The notes beneath the pieces were generated by a model that was not told where the DNA came from, searched no databases, and worked only from the letters and a program-made list of their open reading frames with translations. A DNA stretch of 64,000 nucleotides from Methanotrichaceae archaeon (GTDB taxonomy: Archaea > Halobacteriota > Methanosarcinia > Methanotrichales > Methanotrichaceae): contig CAWDLW010000020.1 of NCBI GenBank assembly GCA_963803145.1, forward strand, positions 64,001 to 128,000. The letters are read 5' to 3'. The first letter of the stretch is position 1. Each line of letters starts with the position of its first letter. The translations under genes and the position numbers were made by a program. Shown here piece after piece: positions 8,679 to 22,746 of the stretch.

Positions 8679-10319
8679 TCAGAATACTTTCAGCTCATCG
8701 ATGAACGCTGGCCTTCTGCGGTTTTCCTGCCGAAGCTTGCTGATGAACTCTGCAAACTCGCCCTCGAATCCTCTTATTTCGCTCATCTTCCTGAGATAAG
8801 ATACAACCTCCTGGTAGTGTCTCCTGCCTGTTTCAATCCCTGCGAACGAATGAATCAGCTCACGGTATGCCTGGAAATATTCATTAGGATAGCGGTCTGC
8901 CAGGTCTTTATGATACTTCGCTAGGAGAGAGAGGCTCCTTGACTCCAGTAACCTCTTGAAGGCGGTATCGTACATCCCCTCCCTCAAATAGACATCAATT
9001 AATCTAGCTAAACTAAAGCGATCTTGAGAAAGGCTATTAATAATTCTCAATAATATATCGTTCCAGGATTCTGGGAATCTTGTCTTCATTGCTTCATAAT
9101 ATTTCCACTCATTGGTGTTCAGAAATAGCCATAATAGATTCTCTTTATATTTCTCGATATCAGAGTGCTCATAGAGCTCGCTCAGGAACACTCTGATGGG
9201 TTTTGTTTGATAATCGGGAAAAAGAGAGGAGCATTCCTCAGCCACCTTTACGGACTGCTCAAGATTACCGTCTTCTTTGAGCGACATGGCATATGACAAG
9301 CATAGATTAGGACTATGTTGATAGTATTGCTCGACGAGGTCATAGTAGTCGTTCTTCCTCTCAAGAGCCCATAGTAGTCGCAGCTTTGTTGAGATAAGCG
9401 CCAGTTTTCGATATGCCTTTTCTGCATCAATCTCCTCTTGCAGATATGGTTCCATGAGTTCCAGCACGTACTCGCGGTCCTCTCTGGATACGCATAGCTC
9501 CTCCATAGCCTGGAGGTACTCGTCCTCGAAATATTGAGTACCACCAATATATTTTTCGAAGAGATACTTTAGAGGATTTCTTCTTGCCTTGGCGTTAAGA
9601 TTTGCGCTTTTAATACAGTTGACGTAATTGCTTAGATAATTTGAGAATTTGCTCTCATAATATCCGCTGGACTCATCTATGGATTCCATCCTCTCATCGA
9701 TACTCTCGAAGAGGGCCTGGTAGATCTTTGCTGCCTCAAGAAAGCTCTTTTTCCTTATGTTGATTTCAGCAAGCTGCTCGAAGGGGGAGAAGTCAACCTC
9801 AGGCCCATAGTAGATTTCATCATCATATATCCCAGTCTCCCTGAAAAGCTTGCCTATCTCTCTCTTATAATCATGAATGCTCTTCAGATCACCGCTTCGG
9901 GAAAACCAGGTCATAAAATGGGTCCTTAGAGAAGGAAACTGCTCCATTTCATTGTGCAGGAATTCCCTCAGCTCCAAAGGATCTGCTTCTTTCAGTAAGG
10001 CCAAAGCTGCCTCCTGATCATGACGGCTCTTGGACATCATGACCTCGATTTCTTCTTTGTTATCGAGCATCGACAAAAGGACGGCTACAATATGCTTGCA
10101 GTATCCTTCCAGGTCGTAAGGGCAGTTGCACTCGGCCGATATCCCATTCTTTAGATCTACTTTAACATTGTACTTCTCAGTCCCCTGGACTTCAGCAGTC
10201 ACTCCTGTGGGTGATGCCCCTAGAATACTCACCCGGCCTTCATCGAGGTACCTCTTTCCGCGCTCGAAGGAGGCTTCTGTGCATAATTTTCTTACATCAT
10301 CGACTCCAAAATTCATCAA
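8679..10319 (-). CDS. SWIM zinc finger protein with helical C-terminal region
   Basis: CNCPYDLEGYCKHIVAVLL SWIM motif; C-terminal RRRPAFIDEL. Confidence 0.9.
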   Translation of the reverse strand: MMNFGVDDVRKLCTEASFERGKRYLDEGRVSILGASPTGVTAEVQGTEKYNVKVDLKNGISAECNCPYDLEGYCKHIVAVLLSMLDNKEEIEVMMSKSRHDQEAALALLKEADPLELREFLHNEMEQFPSLRTHFMTWFSRSGDLKSIHDYKREIGKLFRETGIYDDEIYYGPEVDFSPFEQLAEINIRKKSFLEAAKIYQALFESIDERMESIDESSGYYESKFSNYLSNYVNCIKSANLNAKARRNPLKYLFEKYIGGTQYFEDEYLQAMEELCVSREDREYVLELMEPYLQEEIDAEKAYRKLALISTKLRLLWALERKNDYYDLVEQYYQHSPNLCLSYAMSLKEDGNLEQSVKVAEECSSLFPDYQTKPIRVFLSELYEHSDIEKYKENLLWLFLNTNEWKYYEAMKTRFPESWNDILLRIINSLSQDRFSLARLIDVYLREGMYDTAFKRLLESRSLSLLAKYHKDLADRYPNEYFQAYRELIHSFAGIETGRRHYQEVVSYLRKMSEIRGFEGEFAEFISKLRQENRRRPAFIDELKVF

Positions 10320-10400
10320 ATTTTATATACATTTTCTACATTTATATATTCTGCTAATGCAGCAAAGATGAAATCTTTGAAGCATCCCTAATTATGATTT

Positions 10401-10995
10401 ATGGCAAAAACAGCTAAAGGCTCTTCAGATCAGTCAGAGCCTTTGACAGTTTACCAGCTTAAGGTGACCCTCGAAAGAATAAGACCGCCCATCTGGCGGA
10501 GGATCCAGGTTCGCGGGGACATATCGCTATTCAAGCTTCACAAGATCTTACAAGAGGTCATGGGCTGGTATGACTACCATCTACACCAGCTCCTTATTGA
10601 TGGCGAGAGATACAGCGTTATTTCCAGGGAGGCAGATATGCTGGGAGATGATTTCAAGGACGAGAAAAGGGTCAGGCTGAACAGAGTCATCCCTGGGGAG
10701 AAGTTCGAGTTCACCTATGAGTACGACTTTGGGGATAGCTGGCTATCATAAGATCCTGGTGGAGAAGATCTTCAAGCCTGATGAGGAGTTGACGCATCCT
10801 GTTTGCCTGAAGGGCAAGCGTTCTGCCCCTCCGGAGGACTGTGGCGGAGTTGGCGGATACTACCATCTACGGGAGGCTCTCAGAGATAAAGATCACCCGG
10901 ATCATGAATATCTGATGGAGTGGACGGGAGATGAATACGATCCAGAGCATTTCAATATCGAGGAAGTGAATGAAAGGTTGAAGAAGATCAGGTGA
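10401..10995 (+). pseudogene. Plasmid pRiA4b ORF-3 family protein, frameshifted
   Basis: YQLKVTL..PPIWRRIQV..YEYDFGDSW in one frame, HKILVEK..PPEDCGGVGGY in the next; one extra base near 10743. Confidence 0.88.
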
Positions 10996-11041
10996 ATGTT
11001 GGTATAAGGATTCATATGTAGCCAAAAAGCAAGGGATAACA

Positions 11042-11485
11042 ATGAAAGAAGAGAAAGATGGACTGAGCATGATAAAACCCACATCGTTCTATTCCAGTGA
11101 AAGCGAGAAAATAAAATTAAACTGGTTTTGTTACGAATTATCAATAGAAATATATGATAATATGAAAAAGCGTATGGGAAATCGATTAAAGAGAAAAGGA
11201 ATCAGTGACGAAGTTCTTGCTGAATTTTCAATTAATATATCGAAAAGCATGAAAGACATCATACTAGAAAAGCTGTCGGGCAGGATCAAGAAGGTATATT
11301 TTTGCCATGAAATGATAGAACGGAATTTTCCGAATCTCGATGATAGGACGATCAATAGAATGCTGAATATTATTTCAAGAACGTGGGATAAAATGCTCAG
11401 CAATTGTGAAGTATGCCCTACACGATGCATAAGCGATAAAGATGCATATTGTGCCATGTTCAATGTTAAAGATCTCTTTACATGA
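11042..11485 (+). CDS. Hypothetical protein with C-terminal CxxCPxRC..C cluster
   Basis: 147-aa AT-rich ORF, CEVCPTRCISDKDAYC. Confidence 0.7.
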   Translation: MKEEKDGLSMIKPTSFYSSESEKIKLNWFCYELSIEIYDNMKKRMGNRLKRKGISDEVLAEFSINISKSMKDIILEKLSGRIKKVYFCHEMIERNFPNLDDRTINRMLNIISRTWDKMLSNCEVCPTRCISDKDAYCAMFNVKDLFT

Positions 11486-11506
11486 GCCTCGCCAAGAGAT
11501 GTAGAT

Positions 11507-11725
11507 ATGAAGATAAGCTATGATCGTGAAGTGGACGTTCTCACCCTTGAGTTCTCGGATGGCGACATAGACCATGCAGAGGAAGCAGGGCCGACGATAA
11601 TCCATCTCACTGAGGATAACAGGCCCGTTCTCATTGAGATCCTGGATGCCAGCGATTTTCTGGCCAGCCTAACCAAGATTTCCGCCAGAGCTGCGAGCAG
11701 AGAGGCAGTGGAAATCGAATCATAG
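11507..11725 (+). CDS. DUF2283 family protein (TA-associated)
   Basis: MKISYDREVDVLTL..IEILDAS pattern. Confidence 0.85.
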   Translation: MKISYDREVDVLTLEFSDGDIDHAEEAGPTIIHLTEDNRPVLIEILDASDFLASLTKISARAASREAVEIES

Positions 11726-11851
11726 AATTTTGCTCAACTTTTATCCGCTTGGAAGGGCTACTCTTCATAAAGATTAATGATTTTCTAAGAAATTCGGCTT
11801 ATCGCAAATAATTCGTCCCTCTTTGTATTCCTTGTTCCAGCTATTATGATT

Positions 11852-11919
11852 CAAGAAACTACACTTCTTCTAGGGCTAATGCTAACGACCTTCTAGCGCG
11901 CTCAGTCGCCATGCGGGCT
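11852..11919. repeat. Truncated copy 3 of the ~100-bp repeat
   Basis: GGGCTAATGCTAAC..CTAGCGCGCTCAGTCGCCATGCGGGCT matches the core of copies 1 and 2. Confidence 0.72.
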
Positions 11920-11986
11920 TCAGAGACTGCAATCCAAGGCGTATATTTCAGAACCGCTTTGACTTCGTATTTGTGCCAGCTAATTT

Positions 11987-12093
11987 AATCCAAAGCCTAC
12001 GCTTTCTTTTTGGGCTAACACTAATGGTTATACTAGCGTGCTCAATCGCCGCACGGGCTACCCCTAACCCCTCTTCGGGGGAAGGTTTGGATT
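11987..12093. repeat. Copy 2 of the ~100-bp repeat, inverted relative to copy 1
   Basis: AATCCAAAGCCT...AGGTTTGGATT ends; core GGGCTAACACTA..ACTAGCGTGC..TCGCCGCACGGGCTACCCCTAACCCCTCTTCGGGGGAAGG. Confidence 0.8.
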
Positions 12094-12238
12094 GCCTGGA
12101 ATACGGATAAGAGAGGATGTGTTTTCAAAGCCTTTCAAGTTTTCAGCGTACAGGAATAGCTCTAGAAATTAGGGGCAGGATTACAGTAATTCCTTGAGCT
12201 TCAGGAATTGAGGTCAAGATATAGAATAAGAAAGCCGG

Positions 12239-12456
12239 GTGAATAAGACAGCTCCTGCTTTGGCTTTTAGGGTGCATAGTAAACTATTGATCGAATAACA
12301 ATGCTAAGTTAGTTGTATGAGTAATAACGGTAAACTCTTCGAGTTCTGTTTAAGGATTGATAGCATATTAATAGCAATTCTTCCAACTCTGTTACAGTAA
12401 AAGCAAAAATAAGATTTAGTGAATATGGCAGCTCCTGCCTTGGTTTTTCGGGTGCA
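12239..12456. repeat. Two ~38-bp direct repeats downstream of 5S, sharing the 5S 3'-end sequence
   Basis: GTGAATAAGACAGCTCCTGCTTTGGCTTTTAGGGTGCA (12239) vs GTGAATATGGCAGCTCCTGCCTTGGTTTTTCGGGTGCA (12419). Confidence 0.75.
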
Positions 12457-12576
12457 CAGGATGCAATCGACCATGTATAAAGGCTAGTCAACAATATGAT
12501 AACAGTAATTTTTGGAACTCTGATAGAATCAAAGTTAAAATTCATATTCTAAATTATAAGATTATAAAAATCAAGT

Positions 12577-12703
12577 GAATATGGCAGCGATCTGCAGTTC
12601 CCGAGAGCTCGCGCATCTGAGTACAGTGCAAAACGTGGACGGGCTTATCTTCTGAGTTCGGGATGGGATCAGGAGTTACCCCGTCGCTATGGCCGCCATA
12701 TTC
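12577..12703 (-). rRNA. rrf: 5S ribosomal RNA (ends approximate)
   Basis: Minus strand GGCGGCCATAGCGACGGGG..GATCCCATCCCGAACTCAGAAGATAAGC; terminal helix GAATATGGCGGC/GCTGCCATATTC. Confidence 0.96.
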
Positions 12704-12707
12704 GATT

Positions 12708-12759
12708 CCAGGTATCGGGTTCGAACCGATTGAGCTGCTTCCAAATTAAGCAACCCTGG
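12708..12759 (-). other. tRNA-like mini-structure in the 5S rRNA leader
   Basis: CCAGG/CCTGG acceptor-like stem enclosing a hairpin and a T-arm ATCGG-TTCGAAC-CCGAT, ending a few nt before 5S. Confidence 0.7.
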
Positions 12760-12839
12760 TGTATAGAATCGATTGGGATTTAGATTTAGGCCAATCTTAT
12801 CTTAGCTAAGCTTTGCGACCAGATTACGCCTGAGCATAA

Positions 12840-15749
<2,910 letters not shown>

Positions 15750-15871
15750 CTATAACTCAGTGAGCGTCTGGTCGCAAAGCTTATACACGGCTTCTCAGGC
15801 CTCTATCGACTTGCGATCGATTGGCCTCGGCCCTTCCACATCGAGTCCTCCTCAATGTGTGCATTTTACAG

Positions 15872-15944
15872 TGGACTTGCTGGGATTCGAACCCAGGGCC
15901 TCCGCCTTGCAAAGGCGGCGCTCTACCAGCTGAGCTACAAGCCC
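15872..15944 (-). tRNA. tRNA-Ala (UGC), spacer tRNA
   Basis: GGGCTTGTAGCTCAGCTGGTAGAGCGCCGCCTTTGCAAGGCGGAGGCCCTGGGTTCGAATCCCAGCAAGTCCA; no encoded CCA. Confidence 0.98.
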
Positions 15945-16190
15945 CGGTTTAAAGCCCAGCAATAATTAAATTAAAGCTGGCTTTCGGTTTGATTTTAGTT
16001 TGATTTCGTTTTGTTACCATTAGGTTTTCGTTGATTAAGTTTTAGTGGTTTTCTGGTTCTTATTTGGTCCTGGCTAACTTTTCAGACTCCAATCGATACT
16101 ACTTCTTTTGGCGGTATCCGCTTGAAGAAGCGGATTGCTTTGTTTTTGCATACGTAACGTATGCTTTTGCGCTCATTTGAGCGCGACATT

Positions 16191-17661
<1,471 letters not shown>

Positions 17662-17889
17662 TGTTTCTTTAGGGAAGTATTTTGTATCGATTGGAATTGG
17701 CTGAGCAGCCAAGACCATTGTCAGACACGAAAAATCTCGCGTCTCCACTAAACTATAATCTTTTTGGATCTAAGCTCTTCAGCTTAGCTCTAGCTCTTTA
17801 TGCCGCAACCTGGATAGCAGCTCATCATAAATCAGAGCCGTAACGTTTCGTTGCGACGCCTTTTCGGCCCGACTCTATAGGTTTCCTGG

Positions 17890-18140
17890 CTATTTATAGT
17901 TTCCTGTCGCCGGAAGCCCCGTTCATCGGACCTTCTTATCTATTCACTACTGGTATTTATACTTTTCTTCCACGCAACACAATCAAATCTTATTGCTGCG
18001 CGGATCCGATCTATGACAATATAGTTATCCGTGTTTCAAAAGCTCTTTGCTATCACGCAAAAGGGCTGAATCGTACGCTGTCGGATGTGTCATATCGGCC
18101 TCATCTACTAGCATAATCATAGTATTTGAGGATTACGGCC
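17890..18140 (-). promoter_or_regulatory. Tandem BRE/TATA promoters of the rRNA operon
   Basis: Minus strand GGAAACTATAAATA (~17891-17904), GAAAAGTATAAATAC (~17953-17967), weaker CCGTAATCCTCAAATACT (~18121-18138). Confidence 0.6.
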
Positions 18141-18332
18141 ATGTGCTGATAATATAATACGAACCTGTAAGTTGTTCTTAGTGCTGGAGGTTTCAGTATC
18201 GTATAGCTATGACCTCATTCTCATCCTAAGCTAGGGTTAATCTGGCGGCTTGACTTGAGGGCTTTCTTCCAATACGCATAGGAGATAGATCCGCCCAGAA
18301 ACTATTTATTTAGATTTCTTGAGATTAATGTT

Positions 18333-19172
18333 GTGAACCGCCCATACGAGTTTATTACCTACTTGAGTAGACTTAAAGCTGCCTATAACCGTTTTGGGCT
18401 CTATATCTGGGCGCTCAATACTGCAGTAGTCGCCATTGGGATCTATGCGATCACCCTTTTAATTGGCATTCCTGCATTTACTCAATTCTACTGGCGCGAC
18501 TCTCTGCTTCTCGCGAATTTGCCTGCAATCATGTCCTTGGCTTTTGGAGCTTTAATTGCGACGCTCGTCGGAAAAAGGAATAAATCTGATCTCTATAGGC
18601 TTCTAGGCCCTGAGCTGTCCGAGAAGGCTCGAACAGGCTATGATAATAGAGACGAAGAATCATTGCCAATGCAGAACCTAGCCGAGGATCTAAAGATAAG
18701 CCTCTCAAGGGTTCAGCCCTCGAAGATCTTCGATTGGCGGAAGATCAGAATCAGAGCTGTACTCGCGATCATTCTTGCTGGTGCTACAATATTCATAGCA
18801 AGCAGTCAGATTAGTGCAGATATAACGCCAAATGATTTTCAATCAATATCGGACCTGAGAGACAGAGCGATGGGACTCTTCAAGAACGAGACGCCATCGC
18901 AAAGACCGTCATCAGTTAATTTCTCAGGCAACGGCAGTATCTATGGCAAGCCATCCCTTGCAGTTCTGAACGAAAACAAACTGCAGTTGGAGCTTTACCC
19001 TGGAATAGGCACTGGTTCCCAAGCAAGGAATACCACGCCTACAGAGCATTTATTCCAGCAATCTCAGCCGGGAGAAGCTGCCGCAGTGCCAGCCGATCAA
19101 TATATTGAAAGCTTGCCCCCACAGAATAAGGAGATAATACAGAAGTACTTCCAAAACCTTGCGGGCAGTTGA
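18333..19172 (+). CDS. Hypothetical membrane protein
   Basis: Three hydrophobic segments, soluble C-terminus ending EIIQKYFQNLA. Confidence 0.78.
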   Translation: MNRPYEFITYLSRLKAAYNRFGLYIWALNTAVVAIGIYAITLLIGIPAFTQFYWRDSLLLANLPAIMSLAFGALIATLVGKRNKSDLYRLLGPELSEKARTGYDNRDEESLPMQNLAEDLKISLSRVQPSKIFDWRKIRIRAVLAIILAGATIFIASSQISADITPNDFQSISDLRDRAMGLFKNETPSQRPSSVNFSGNGSIYGKPSLAVLNENKLQLELYPGIGTGSQARNTTPTEHLFQQSQPGEAAAVPADQYIESLPPQNKEIIQKYFQNLAGS

Positions 19173-19508
19173 TGTTTTTTGGCATGCAGGGCTTAAATTT
19201 ATATCTAAGTTTATGCTACTATAAATGGCTGGAGCATTTAGAATTTAATATGCAAGATTAAAATTTCTTTTAATATAGCTGATTTTTAAAGAGAGTTATG
19301 TTTAGCAAGTTAGGAAGGAGATCCGTCAAGCTATTTTATTCTAGCTGTTGACATAATTCTAACTATTACTACTAATCATTACTTCCACATAGTTTATAAA
19401 ACCTCAGAACGAGAATATAAATGTGAGTTTTAGTAATATTGCTAAACTAGGCAGTTTAAGCCAATATGAAACTAAACCAATATTCAATTGTGATGGAGGA
19501 GATATCGC

Positions 19509-19796
19509 ATGAGGACGAAGAAAAGAAGTGATGATCTAATAATCGCTCAGATATTGGATATATGCCAAAGCAGCGCACGTAAAACTAGGATAGTATACCA
19601 GGCTAACCTTAATTCCACGACGGTCAATCGATATCTGGAATGCCTTATAGAGACCGGCATGATTGAGCAGTCCAACTATGGATCAAGCTACCTGTTTAAG
19701 ACAACGGTAAAAGGAGCTGAGCTGAAAAATAGGATGAGCCGTCTCCAGACGGAGATGGATGAACTCCGCACCAACGTGCTTAAAGTTCCAGCCTAA
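19509..19796 (+). CDS. Winged-helix DNA-binding protein (archaeal HTH_45/ArnR-like)
   Basis: KKRSDDLIIAQILDIC..KTRIVYQANLN..YL..FKTTVKG; GGAGGAG SD. Confidence 0.88.
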   Translation: MRTKKRSDDLIIAQILDICQSSARKTRIVYQANLNSTTVNRYLECLIETGMIEQSNYGSSYLFKTTVKGAELKNRMSRLQTEMDELRTNVLKVPA

Positions 19797-19841
19797 ACTT
19801 CAGCTCAATACTCATCATAAGTATCCTCAACATTAATCTGA

Positions 19842-19943
19842 ATCAATTTCAGTCGCATTGATCAATTCAATCGCAAAAATTAATTCAAACCGGATTAATC
19901 AATCCCAAATGAATTAATCAATTCCAGCAACACTAGTCGATCC
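19842..19943. repeat. Degenerate 18-19-bp tandem repeat array (ATCAATT core)
   Basis: Units start at 19842, 19861, 19879, 19898, 19917 and partially 19936. Confidence 0.65.
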
Positions 19944-20211
19944 TATCCCCAAGGATATATTGCCCCACGGGCAGATACTATTTTTTAGGTAATCCATCAT
20001 AATGTTCCAAATTAGAATCTCTTCGCGCACAAAAAGTACTAAGAATACATATTTTAACTCGAAATTCAAAATACAGACTGTTAATTAACATTGCATATTC
20101 ATACATACTCTCAAAATTGACTGTTCATACAACTATTTCTGGTATATTTATTTTCTATGAGACAGTAAGAGGTGTATCTGCGTAGCATCATCCAATCTAA
20201 ACGGTTTAAAT

Positions 20212-20535
20212 GTGGTGAAAATTATGGTATCGAAAAGACGCACCGATGATAAAATCATCTATTTAATTCTCGATATATGCCAGGATGGTGCTCTTAAAAC
20301 GAATATTATCCAAGGAGCCAAGCTTAATTATACAACAGTTAACCGCTACTTGGATATCTTAGTCAAAAATGGCATGGTAACTGAACTGGGCAAAAAGCCG
20401 ACAACTATGTTCAAGACCACAACCAAGGGATCAAAGTTTAAGAAGAAGCTGGTTGGCATACATTCGCAGATAAATAACGGCTGGACACCTGAAAAATCAT
20501 TTTCTGCAGCCGATTCGAACAGGGAAGATAAATAG
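20212..20535 (+). CDS. Winged-helix DNA-binding protein, paralog of 19509
   Basis: KRRTDDKIIYLILDIC..KTNIIQGAKLNYTTVNRYL..FKTTTKG. Confidence 0.88.
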   Translation: MVKIMVSKRRTDDKIIYLILDICQDGALKTNIIQGAKLNYTTVNRYLDILVKNGMVTELGKKPTTMFKTTTKGSKFKKKLVGIHSQINNGWTPEKSFSAADSNREDK

Positions 20536-20754
20536 CTTCTGGAGTTATATCTCTAATCAACAGCTACCTGCTACATTCGTTTTTGCTTTCGTCAATTCTA
20601 ATTCGCGATTTCAGGAATTTATTAAACTACCTGATAAAAGTTATCCATTCTGCAGCTTCATATCATCGATCACAGTTTATAAGAAGAAGGCAAAAAAAAT
20701 TATCTCGAGCTGGCATCGGTTATAGCTCATATTGCCAGCCATATTGTATCAGTT

Positions 20755-21561
20755 TTACTCGCCAAGAGCCCTGATCAGCCAGTTGATCTTCACAGTTTCG
20801 TTTGTTCTGGTCGTGTATTGAGCCGGATCTAACTTTCCATTTACAACAAAGTAGGAGTTTCCCGTTCCGTTGTCCTGCTCTGCTCCAATGAGCATCGCGC
20901 CGCGATCATAGAACGCTATGTAGAAATCACCTGTTATCGGCAGAGCGGGTATATCTATCCCGCGAACTACGGGACCTGCTGCGGATGCGAAGTACATGTT
21001 CTGGGTATCGGCAAATTTGTAAAGCAAATCAGCATTACTATCTCTAACCTCAACGAGGAAGTTCCTGTCTGCAGGATATCTCTTTGTGGTGTTATTGAAT
21101 ATGCTCAAACCGACAATTTGGATTTTCTTTAACTTCCATCCTGGCTTGGGCGCTGTGAATTTTACTACTTCGCCTACATTCAGGCCGGCTGCTCCGAAAT
21201 CGTTAACAGCAGAGTACATAGTCATATTCATTTTTGAAAAATCCTTCCCGCTATCTTGCTTCAGTGTAGTAAGACCCTCTGTTGAGGCCATACTATTAGA
21301 TGTAGCTATATTGGGAATTTGTCCCTGTGAAGGCATTGTGGTACCTGTTGATGCCTTAGACGACTCAATTGCGCCCTGTGCGCTGAAGCTCATCGGCTCT
21401 GCATTCTGTTTCGTCCCTGAGTTCGCTTTAGCTGGGCTATCTGCTGCAAGAACGCTGAAGCAAAGGATCGAGCAGCAAATTAGCGTTATTAAGATTATCT
21501 TCTTCAATTGATCACCGCTATAGGAAATAGCTGTTGCTGATATATAGGTAATGCTGGGCAA
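20755..21561 (-). CDS. Secreted hypothetical protein (true start probably near KKIILITLICC)
   Basis: Signal-peptide-like segment, Ser/Thr linker, beta-rich C-domain ending NWLIRALGE. Confidence 0.78.
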   Translation of the reverse strand: MPSITYISATAISYSGDQLKKIILITLICCSILCFSVLAADSPAKANSGTKQNAEPMSFSAQGAIESSKASTGTTMPSQGQIPNIATSNSMASTEGLTTLKQDSGKDFSKMNMTMYSAVNDFGAAGLNVGEVVKFTAPKPGWKLKKIQIVGLSIFNNTTKRYPADRNFLVEVRDSNADLLYKFADTQNMYFASAAGPVVRGIDIPALPITGDFYIAFYDRGAMLIGAEQDNGTGNSYFVVNGKLDPAQYTTRTNETVKINWLIRALGE

Positions 21562-21769
21562 ATAGTATATCAGCTACGTTTTATGGGTTTGAGAATATGG
21601 CTTATGATATAAATCCTCTAATTACAAATTTTTAACGTAATTAAGATATAGCTCATGTACATCAAAAGAAATGGATTATAGAGCTATTTCATTAGGCTAT
21701 TCTCAAAACAACATAAAGCAGAATTTTAAAATGTATCATCAATTCATAATGTTGTTCCAGAGCAATCGT

Positions 21770-21880
21770 ACAAATTATGAGTTCAAAGTGTTGTTACAAA
21801 TTACCATTTCATAGTCAAACTAAAAATTAACAATTCTTAGCACAAATTCAAATTAATGTTTCAAATTGTTTTTACAAATT
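21770..21880. promoter_or_regulatory. Array of (A/T)CAAATT direct repeats upstream of the secreted-protein operon
   Basis: Motif at ~21770, 21796, 21842, 21848, 21861, 21874 (also ~21624) in an AT-rich intergenic region. Confidence 0.5.
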
Positions 21881-21972
21881 GTGAATGCATAAATTAGTTT
21901 CCACTACATTTATCTATTCTACCGTCCTCTAGGATATTAGTCAAAACGCAAGTTTGGGCAGAAACGCCCCAA

Positions 21973-22746
21973 ATGAAAAGGAAAAAATTGGAGGATAGAA
22001 AAATGAAGACAATAGCATTGCTAGTGGCATTCCTGGCCATGGTCGGATTTGCCGCAGCATGGGATACGTCAGACACATTGCAGTACCAGTTTACACACGC
22101 TATGTACCAGCAAGCTGGAGATCCAACTGAAGGTGGTTTCTTCAGTGGCGTAACATCTCAGAGCAGCTTCTCTGCAAACAATCCATACGGAACTGGTGAA
22201 GGACAGGTAGTTAACAAGCTCAACTATGCAACAACTAGCCAGTCGTATACTTATCCTTATGGCACATTGGATCAGCCAAGCCAGACATTAACGCTCACTC
22301 AAGGAGGCTCAGCCACTCTAGCGACACATGCCCTTGATTCACAGGATAGTACACCTGAGGTAATAGCAGGCTTAAGCAAGTATCAGGATCTGCACTTCAG
22401 CGGCGTGTATAGTGATGTCCAGGCGAACTTCGCAGATGAGGGCAATGTTGGCCTCGCATGCAACCCGATCCGTGTGAATGAAAACGCCTACCAGACACAA
22501 AATGGTGAGGTTTACGCACCCGGCGCCACGTTCACAGAAGCTGATGTTGGAGTCGCATCCACAAGCGGACTCACATGGGATAAAGTTACTGACCAGAAGA
22601 CTCTGTCCGGCTCGAGCCAGGCATTCTCATCATTCACAGGCGGCATCGCTCCTGCTGGCACGAATATCAACACATACAGTGGAGACTTCCTGACTCAGAC
22701 CAAGTGGGATAACACCGCTCCAGTTATACCCAGCCAGTGGCCCTAG
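21973..22746 (+). CDS. Secreted beta-rich protein, candidate sheath/filament subunit
   Basis: MKTIALLVAFLAMVGFAAA signal peptide (start ~22003, GGAGG SD); T/S/Q/G/aromatic-rich mature part. Confidence 0.8.
   Translation: MKRKKLEDRKMKTIALLVAFLAMVGFAAAWDTSDTLQYQFTHAMYQQAGDPTEGGFFSGVTSQSSFSANNPYGTGEGQVVNKLNYATTSQSYTYPYGTLDQPSQTLTLTQGGSATLATHALDSQDSTPEVIAGLSKYQDLHFSGVYSDVQANFADEGNVGLACNPIRVNENAYQTQNGEVYAPGATFTEADVGVASTSGLTWDKVTDQKTLSGSSQAFSSFTGGIAPAGTNINTYSGDFLTQTKWDNTAPVIPSQWP

Noticed and set aside
12239-12588. Possible CRISPR array from the ~38-bp repeats
   Set aside because: Only two long copies, degenerate, 180 bp apart; no cas genes in the window
19842-19943. Possible mini-CRISPR
   Set aside because: Period of 19 bp is too short for repeat plus spacer
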